Below, piece by piece: positions 56,309-64,000 of a DNA stretch of 64,000 nt. Below the pieces are notes generated by a model that saw only the letters and a program-made list of their open reading frames with translations, did no database searches and was not told the origin of the DNA. The first letter of the stretch is position 1, and each line of letters starts with the position of its first letter. The translations under genes were made by a program, and so were the position numbers. Source of the stretch: Pelagomonas calceolata (Eukaryota); assembly GCA_918797485.1 (NCBI GenBank), contig CAKKNE010000003.1, positions 2,542,001 to 2,606,000 on the forward strand, in the 5' to 3' direction.

Positions 56309-57780
56309 ATGCGCTGCATCGCCGCCACGACCAAACTCATCCTCTTCGCCGCCGCCACTAACGCTCTCGCTCCCGTCGCATCCATGGCCAAGTCCAAGAC
56401 CCACAAGAAGCGCTCGACCCACAAGAACAAGGCGCCGCCCAGGCTCGCCCTGGCGCGCACGATCAAGAAGCCGGAGCGCCTCGCCGACTTCGTCGACCTG
56501 GACGACGCGGCATTTGAGGAGCGTGTCGAGGCGTTCATGCGCGACACGACCACCTTCCACCACCACCTAGATCAGGCCCCGTTCACCAAATTTCCGCCGG
56601 TGCGCGACTTCGAGGAAGGCCAGGAGTATGTCATCTTAAGGTCCGTTAAGGACGAGGACACTGGCATGACAACCTACAACGTCGTCGTCTACCGCAAATC
56701 CTACGCGGGCATGAGCGAGCTCGAGCAGCGGCACGCCCTGCTCGACGTCTTCGAGCAGTCCTGAAGCCGCGCAGAACGGTCTTTGACGAGGTCGCAATAG
56801 TAAACTCACGCAGGTCCAAGCTCTTCGAAAAGCTCGAGGACAACCACAACTATGCCAAGTCGTGGTTCGAGCGGTTCGTCAAGGGCCAGACACCCAAGAT
56901 CAAGGGCGTGGCGTGGCACCGCGCGAACATCGCCGCGTTGCAGGCCTCGGCGTCCGCGGAAAGCGAGAAGGAGATGGAGGAGAAGCTCGCCGAGGCCCTC
57001 AAGGGCTCGGGCATCAAGTTCACGGACAACGAGGACGCGCCCATGGACGCGGACGACGTCGCTGACGCGCTGATCAACCCGGAGGGCGAGGGCCTGCCGC
57101 TCTTTGTCGGCAACGAGACGCTCGCGCCGTTCGTCGAGCTCGCGCGCGGCCGTGTCTTTTCCCCTTCGAGTCGTCGTTCCGATGGCCTAGAGAGGTGCGG
57201 GAGGGAGGGTCGTCCGCGTTTCTTTTCGGTGAGAGTCGAGAGTAGGGTTGACATTGAAGTTGACCTTGAACTTGAACCCCCCGCAGATCCGGGAAGACTT
57301 CAAGAGCCTCAGCCACCGCGGCTACTACGGCAACTTGTTCAAGACCATCAAGCGCAAGTTCAAGAAGAGGGGCCTCTTCCTGGACATGCTCGTGGCCGCC
57401 TACGGCACGCGCATCTCCAAGAAGACGCTCAAGGAATTGCTCGATAAGAAGTGGTTTCAGCTCGACCACGTCGTGGCGGCGACGATGGACGAGCCCAACA
57501 ACTTCTTCGAAACTTGCAGCGTCCCCGATCCCGAGGGTGCCTTCAATTGTCCGGGAGCCTCGCCCTCTCCCCTCCACGCCATCGACGCGACGTTGCCCCA
57601 GGATTCATTCCGACTCACCGGTCGTGTCCCCCGCAGCTCATGATCAAGTGCCTCAACAACAAGTTCAACCGCAACACCGAGCAGGCGTTCAAGAAGAAGC
57701 ACACGGGCCTCGGGTGGGGCCGCGCCGTCAACCTCGTCGACACGGCGATCGAGTTGCAGCACAGCCTCGGCCGCCTCTAG
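56309..57780 (+). CDS. Hypothetical 4-exon protein with a C-terminal HNH-like motif
   Basis: Introns 56758-56813, about 57142-57286 (donor uncertain) and 57521-57636 join the track ORFs; spliced end reads QLDHVVAATMDEPNNFFETCS|LMIKCLNNKFN. Confidence 0.5.
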
Positions 57781-57802
57781 AGGCTTAACTTTCTTACTCG
57801 TA

Positions 57803-58381
57803 GCACAAATTAAAGGCCGGCGTTTCGTCACAAGCGCCGCACGCGTCGCCGCTGCCGGCCCTAAAGGCTCCGCGCGTGCCGCACGTGCCGCGCGGACGTC
57901 GACTCAACAGCCGCGGCCCCGGCACTGAGTCGGCCCCGATGACCCGTACTGGTTGCTTCTCCAACGCGTCGGCGCGGATTATCCGACAGGCCGCCTCTAA
58001 ACATTGCGCGTGTCGCGGCGATGGCGTCGAGGGTACTCCTCCTCCAGCTGGACGTCGTCGACGTGACGCCTTCATTCACGCCGGCATAATCCTAGATGCG
58101 TTTTCAGCACCAGCATGTCGAAGGCAAAGCTTCGAAAGTGGCGCCGGAGTTCGCGCGGCCGGCCCACGGCGCAGGGCCAACATTTTGAGACGCGTCGGCG
58201 ACGATCCCGTCGGAGACCCGCGCCCGCGGAGTCGACGACCGCGTGGCACGCCTGGAGCCTGGACGGCCGGCGCTGCTGGCCTAGATCCCGTCGGGAGACG
58301 CCGTACTCGCCGCGACTAGCCTTCGCGACGCGACGGCCGTTCCGTACCACGCGGGGCGGTGCACGAGGCCTTATTTTGTGC
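57803..58381. repeat. Imperfect nested inverted repeats (MITE/foldback-like)
   Basis: gcacaaattaaaggcc (57803-57818) vs ggccttattttgtgc (58367-58381); inner arms 57855-57905 vs 58229-58270. No TSD seen. Confidence 0.5.
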
Positions 58382-58850
58382 GTCAACCGGCGACCTCCAC
58401 GAGCTGTAGCACGTCTGACCGTTTCGTGTCGTCGGCGCGTTTCTCAACCGCGACCGCAACGGCATTCTTGTATTTTTTGTATGCGTGGTATTGCTGCGCG
58501 GTGCCGCCGCGGCGTTTTTCTTGCAGATCTGCTCGTACCCGCGGCGCCAGTGGTGGTGCTGGCAGGAGCGCTGCACAGCATCTCGTTTTTAACTGCATAG
58601 ATCGCGGCGCGTCGAAGGGGAGTGGCGCGGCACAGCCGGAGCAATGCGTGCGTAAGATATAGCGTTGGCGGAGGCCTTTGGTGAGTAGTTTTGAGGCGTA
58701 ACAACGCGTCAAAACGAGGCCTAGTGTCTTACATGCCGCTAGCAGCGAGTCACGGCTGTAATTCCCGTCGTGCCTCCCGTGTTTGCGGCCCCACGGCCCC
58801 GCTGCCCCTGTCCGTTCGACTGCCGCGCATAACTGCGTGCGGCCGCCGCC

Positions 58851-61003
58851 ATGCCGCCGAAGAAACGCGGGCTGTTGCCTTTGCAGTTCGCCCTCAAAGA
58901 AGGGGGCTTTAAGGAGGTGCGCCAGGCGACGATGGCCGAGATCCACAAGGCAAAAGACGAGGCCGTGCCTGCTGGTTGGAACGACACGGACGTGGTAAAA
59001 GTGGAGTGGACGGGGTCGCTGGACTGGAAAAAACCTCGCCGCGGCGGCCCCAAAAACCGGGGGATCATGAGAGTTATTGTAGAAGAAGAAGCACACTATC
59101 TGAGGGACACCGCGAACACGGTCAAGGGTAACAACAAGAAGCACGTGCTACCAGTCACGAAGATGCACTTCCTACCGAAAGGTGAAAAACGGAAGGAAAG
59201 CGAGAAGGCAAAAGCCAAACGACTAGGGACCAAAGGAAGTGGTGGCTGGCTGCAGGGAACGGACTGTGGTCCAAAGCTAAGGGAAGTCTTCGAAAACTCC
59301 GAAGCGACCAAGGACGACCTGCTGGCTGCGGCTGATCAATACGTCAGGCCGCGGCCGCATTCCAAGTATAATGTAAAGGACGACTGCCATCTAGTTCAAT
59401 GCGGCGTCGGCGGCCGCTATTTGGGAGTCGGCATCTACTACGGCTGTGTCGGCTCCACGGACGCCGTTGCTAGGGCGGACGCCAAGATTCAGGCCCTCGG
59501 GAACTGTCTGTCCTGGCGCGACACCGACAACATAGAGAAGGACCCGATCTACAAGCGCATGAAGCGCGTGTGCCCGGCGATCCAGGCGGCCGCGAGGCTG
59601 TCGTTGTTGAAGAAGCCCTATAAAGGGAAGAAAGGGGCGGGGCGCCTCGACAAATTTACCGTCACGGTGCTCACGGCACAGGAGAAGGCCATCCAGGCCA
59701 AGTACGTCAAGGAGTGCGGGGAACTCGGGCGCAAGCCTCTCGTCGACGGCGCCGAGGTCCCGTCGAGGAGCTTTAACGACGTGGACGGCGGGGAGGGCCG
59801 GAAGAACCACGCGGAGGTACGGCTCGGCGTGGAGCGGGTCCTTCAACTTGTCCCCGTCGACGCAGTGGTTCGTGGCGCCGTCGACGCAGCGATTTGACGT
59901 TCTCGACGCAGGCCATCGAAGGAGTGCGGCAGGCCGACGCCGAAACTACGGCCGTGTTGTATTCAGCAGGTATTAGGAACCATGAGGCCAAGGCTCCGGG
60001 CGAGCTGGTCGCGCAGGACGTGTTCTGTGACTTTACTAAAGCGTCAGCTGACCTGCAGAAAGAGGTCAACGACGCCTGGCGACGAGCGTTGCGGGAGAAG
60101 GCCGAGGACGAAAAAGCGTTAGATTGTTTCGATAGAATAGCGACGGAGGAGGGCCTCGCTGCGCGTTTTTTGTCGGAGGCTGGGGCTAGGCCCAAGTCCG
60201 GGGAAGCCTTTTCCGAGGAGCAGATTCGGGTCATCGGGGAACATTACGGTTTCTACTCGTTCTTGGTCGGCGGCTCGGCGGCGCTCCGCACCTTGGTCTT
60301 GTGTGCTCGTTACACTGGTGATGCCGCCCGGAATGAGCCGCACATCTGGACGGCTTTGGCCGGGGACTTTTATGGTCTCGCGATCAACTACCAGCAGTAT
60401 TGTGTTATCGAGGCGTCGATGCGGTATGGGATGCGCCTGCGGCGCGAGGGCAAGTCGGCCCGTCGACATTCTGATTCGGTGCCGGTGTCTGCCGAAGATA
60501 GCGCCGTCGGCGTGAACGCGGACACGATCCGGACTGCTGGCGTTCTGTCGGCGGTCCGCGCGCGGGCAATCATCGGTGACCTCCTGATCCTCGAGGGCAA
60601 AAGGCGGGCGAGCTACATCGCCCACCTGCGCCAGGTCCTCGACGACGCGGAGGCGGACGACGACGCGGCCGCGCCCATGGAGTCGTCTGAGCGGCGCGTG
60701 TCGGTCGACGAGTCGTCGTCGTCGGACGACTCGTCGTCGTCGGAGGAAGAGGACGAGGCGCCGGCCGCGGCCATGGACGTGGAGGCGCCCGCGCCGGTGC
60801 CGGCGCCCGCGCCGCCGCGGCCGGAGCGGAGCGTGTCGCCGCCGCCGGCCAAGAAGCGACGCGGTGCGGAGCCGTCACCGCCGCGGGCGACGGGCTCGCC
60901 GCAGCAGCCGATGTCGCCGTTGAGGACAAACCCGGCTGCGGTGACTGCATGGGGGCGACTCAAGAGGCGCTCGAACGAGGGCAATGGAGTCCGTTATGAT
61001 TAG
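58851..61003 (+). CDS. Hypothetical basic protein, 2 exons
   Basis: Two long ORFs joined in frame by GT-AG intron 59817-59911 (HAE|AIE); no family recognised. Confidence 0.6.
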
Positions 61004-61277
61004 CTTGTTGTGCAGTCTGGAGTAAGAAGAACTGTTACTATCCAATATAAGGGGCTTCCTGAGGCTGAGGCTGAGGCTAGTTACGTCGCAGGGTTCCCCG
61101 TACCCCTCCCGCTCCCCCCGGGCCCACCCGTCCGGCTGGACTAGGACGCAAGGTCCTGAGTCCTAGTATCCTTGTTACGCTAGCAGAAAATCGATGGGGA
61201 GACCATCGTGTTGAGACCACCGGTCGCATCAAACTTCCTTGCGCGCACGCGCGTAGACGGACAAAAGCACTAAAGCC

Positions 61278-62155
61278 ATGGCCGCGCAGTTCAGTGAAGA
61301 CCAACAAGACACGATGAACCCCATCAAGGCCCAGGCCGTCCCGTCCGCGCCGCCGGCCGTCAAGGGCTCGTATCGAAGCGTCAGCCAGGGCTACGACAAC
61401 GTCCCGGACATCGAGGTAGGCGTGGGAGACGCAGTCGACGCGCACGTGCAGCGGCAGATGCGCCTGGGATTTATCCGGAAGGTCTATGGCATCCTGACGT
61501 GCCAGCTCGCGCTGACGACGATCGTGTGCTCCGTCCTAGCGCTGAACGGCGCCTGCCGCCGCTTCGTCATGACGACGCCGTCGCTGATGTACATCGGCAT
61601 GTGTCAGCGTGCAACTCTCCCCCACGCCATCGCCGCGACTCACGAACGCGAAACACAGGCATGTTCGGCTCGTTCGGAGTGCTCTTCGCCCTGATGGCGT
61701 TCAAGAACCAGCACCCGTTGAACGCGCAGTTGCTGTTCGTGTGGACATTGATGGAGGCGTACACGGTCGGAGTCGTATGCGCGTCCTATACTGCTGCTGG
61801 GCAAGGGAGAATAGTTGTGGAAGCCTTGGTGCTCACGGCGGCGATATTTGCGAGTCTTACGCTCTACACCGTGTACTCGAAACGGGACTGGAGCTTTATG
61901 GAAGCTGGCTTGTCTTCGGGTTTACTCCTCCTCATTTTCTGGGGCCTGTTCTCGTTGTTCTTCCCGGCGCTGGCGGGCGGGCTCTACAGCCTCTTTGGCG
62001 CTTTGCTGTTCAGCGGCTTCATCATCTTCGACACGTGGCAGATCACGGAGCGGCTCGGGTACGACGACCACATCCTCGCGTCGATAACTCTGTATCTCGA
62101 CATCCTCAACCTGTTCCTGTTCATCCTCCGCCTGCTGTCGCGGGACCGGAACTGA
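61278..62155 (+). CDS. Bax inhibitor-1/TMBIM (lifeguard/GAAP-like) protein, 2 exons
   Basis: RLGFIRKVYGILTCQL, HPLN, FIIFDT, LYLDILNLFL; GC-AG intron 61597-61658. Confidence 0.9.
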
Positions 62156-62214
62156 GAAACCCCCCTGATGTAAAGACTCTATAATCCTAATTATTTACAC
62201 GATAACGACTCTGG

Positions 62215-62865
62215 TCAAGGAGCGCCGGCCGGGGGGTCGTACTCGCCATGCGCATTATCTGCTTCAACGCGCTTCGCCTCAGCCTTGGCGACGATGGCCG
62301 CCGCGGCCTCCTCCGGCAAAGGAGCAATCAGCTGAGCGGGGTTGCCCGCCCACCGGCCGCCCGATGTGATGAGAGCGCCGGCAGGCACGACGGTGCCCGG
62401 TTCGAGGATCACAGTGTTCTGGACGACGGCGCCTTGATCGATAATACACCCTTCTCCGATATCGACCGTGTGCTCGACCACACACGATTTCAAGCAAGAA
62501 CCGGCCCCAACAGAAGTGTAGTCTCCCACAGATACCGAGGCGGGGAAGCCAGAGTCAAGGGACGCGACCGTCTCGATGACGACGCGGTCCTGGACGTTCA
62601 CTACGGAACCAATGGACACGTCGGCGTGGTCCCCCCGCACAACGGCGCCGTACCAAACACTGGCTTCATCTCTCAGCTCGACGCGGCCGACGACGGTCGC
62701 GTTGGGGGCCACAAACGCATCGTTCGCGGCTACCGGTCTTCTGTCCCCATATTTCATCATAGGGCGGTGGCGCGAGACGGCGCTGCTGCTGAGGCGCCGC
62801 CGCGCCGCTGCCGGCGGGCGCGCGACGAGGCGCCGCGCCGCCGCGGGCACCGCGGTCGCTAGCAT
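62215..62865 (-). CDS. Gamma carbonic anhydrase-like protein (mitochondrial complex I type)
   Basis: Arg-rich presequence; FVAPNATVVGRV..SVWYGAVVRGD..NVQD hexapeptide repeats; WAGNPA. Confidence 0.85.
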   Translation of the reverse strand: MLATAVPAAARRLVARPPAAARRRLSSSAVSRHRPMMKYGDRRPVAANDAFVAPNATVVGRVELRDEASVWYGAVVRGDHADVSIGSVVNVQDRVVIETVASLDSGFPASVSVGDYTSVGAGSCLKSCVVEHTVDIGEGCIIDQGAVVQNTVILEPGTVVPAGALITSGGRWAGNPAQLIAPLPEEAAAAIVAKAEAKRVEADNAHGEYDPPAGAP

Positions 62866-63329
62866 GCTTTGCTGCAACACGGCTCGGCGGTTTTTCCACC
62901 GGAAACGATTGGTGGCGCTACAGCGGAATATGTAGTATCACTGCCGCGTGTCAAAACGATGTCGGCGGCTGCGTATTGTTCCCGTTTTGGCTCAGGACGA
63001 AATCTGAGGCGAGGAGTCGAAATACCCGCACGTTTTTGAAAACGCGATCAATCGACAACATAAGTGCGAAGAGCTGTCCGTAGACCCCTTCTCTTGGTGC
63101 CTTTGCGGCCTCGCTTGCCAAGGGTGGAGGCTTGGGCAAGGCCAAAGCGCAAAAGCGACGCTCCAAACTACGCGCATAACTCACGCGCTGCACAGGAAGT
63201 TGCAAATAAATAGCTGCCGCGACGACGACGCACGAATCTTGCATCGCTTTCTGCACCGGCGCTAGCAGACCAGCCTAGCGAGAGCACCCACTGCACAGCC
63301 GCGAGCCGCGCGGGCGCGCGACCAAACCA

Positions 63330-63671
63330 ATGGTCCAGCTCGACGAGGCGAGGTTCTTGAGCGAGCTCACGAAGCTCTTCCAGGCGACGCGCGACGCCGG
63401 CTCGCTCACGATCACGCACAAGCGGCTCCAGCAGAGGCCAAAGCGCGGCCAGGGCGGTGACGACGCGACCGTCGAGACGGCGCCGGCGCGCTTCGGCGTT
63501 TTAGTAAGGGCGAAGACGGAGAAGAAGAAGCTTTCTACTGTTGTGAACGGCGCCGACCTCGTCAAGTTTCAGGCCCAACTCGCGGCTGTGGTAAGGGCGA
63601 ACGCGTCGGCCCTGAAGAAGAAGGAGCGCGCGAAGAAGAAGCAGAAGAGGTCGGATAATAAAACTAGTTAG
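63330..63671 (+). CDS. SRP14: Signal recognition particle 14 kDa subunit
   Basis: LDEARFLSELTKLF..GSLTITHKR..LVRA..KKKLSTVV..LKKKER. Confidence 0.88.
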   Translation: MVQLDEARFLSELTKLFQATRDAGSLTITHKRLQQRPKRGQGGDDATVETAPARFGVLVRAKTEKKKLSTVVNGADLVKFQAQLAAVVRANASALKKKERAKKKQKRSDNKTS

Positions 63672-64000
63672 TTACCGTTCATGTCCGGGAATTCTGTGGT
63701 CGGCTTGGGGCCCGCCGAGCGCCCCGGCCCGACGTTCGAGTCGAGCCCGCCCATCTCCAAGCTTCGCCGATAGCAGGCCCAGATCGCGTCCTGGACAACT
63801 GTTCTGAAGTTTCCTTTCTCAAGTTCATAAATAGCGGAGGCAGTAGTACCAGCAGGAGAAGTGACGGAGTTCTTGAGGACCGCCGGGTGCTCGCCGGACT
63901 CCATCGCGTACTTGACGGAGCCGAGGATGGTCTGATGCACCAAAGTTGTTGCGACTTCGCGCGAGAAGCCTTCTTGGACGCCCGCGTCGACCATCGCTTC
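63668..64000 (-). CDS. proC: Pyrroline-5-carboxylate reductase, C-terminal part (partial)
   Basis: DAGVQEGFSREVA..QTILGS..HPAVLKNSVTSPAGTT..LE..FR. Confidence 0.88.
   Translation of the reverse strand, partial: EAMVDAGVQEGFSREVATTLVHQTILGSVKYAMESGEHPAVLKNSVTSPAGTTASAIYELEKGNFRTVVQDAIWACYRRSLEMGGLDSNVGPGRSAGPKPTTEFPDMNGN

Noticed and set aside
58383..59144. 253-aa minus-strand ORF
   Set aside because: Largely antisense to 58851-59897 and without recognisable features.
56256..61051. ttatattgg / ccaatataa inverted match flanking the orphan-gene block as transposon TIRs
   Set aside because: Only 9 bp, no extension and no TSD; could be chance in AT-rich spacers.

Overview
GC-rich, gene-dense eukaryotic nuclear DNA. 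The intron style, ASAF-type plastid presequences and an axonemal dynein point to a pelagophyte stramenopile (Pelagomonas/Aureococcus-like); this is an inference. About 30 genes or gene fragments can be modelled by hand. Bases 441-15920 hold one axonemal dynein heavy chain gene (minus strand, 24 exons, 12150-nt spliced ORF) whose 23 introns are repetitive 'introner' sequences of two kinds: (i) elements with terminal inverted repeats and 8-bp target-site duplications whose GT is co-opted as the donor; (ii) a larger set of polar, TIR-less introns built as ordered mosaics of shared sequence modules, often with GC donors and a palindrome beside the donor. Protein-level oddities: an inward-rectifier K+ channel with a degenerate filter (TMSWG) fused to a CPYS-type GST/DHAR/CLIC-like domain; a nuclear petF ferredoxin with a hidden targeting exon; a stand-alone ADP-ribosyltransferase-like ORF; an HNH-like motif that only forms after splicing, next to a MITE-like foldback; and a head-to-head junction of two 5'-truncated genes. 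No rRNA, tRNA or CRISPR was seen. All gene models and family calls come from manual reading, not from database searches.
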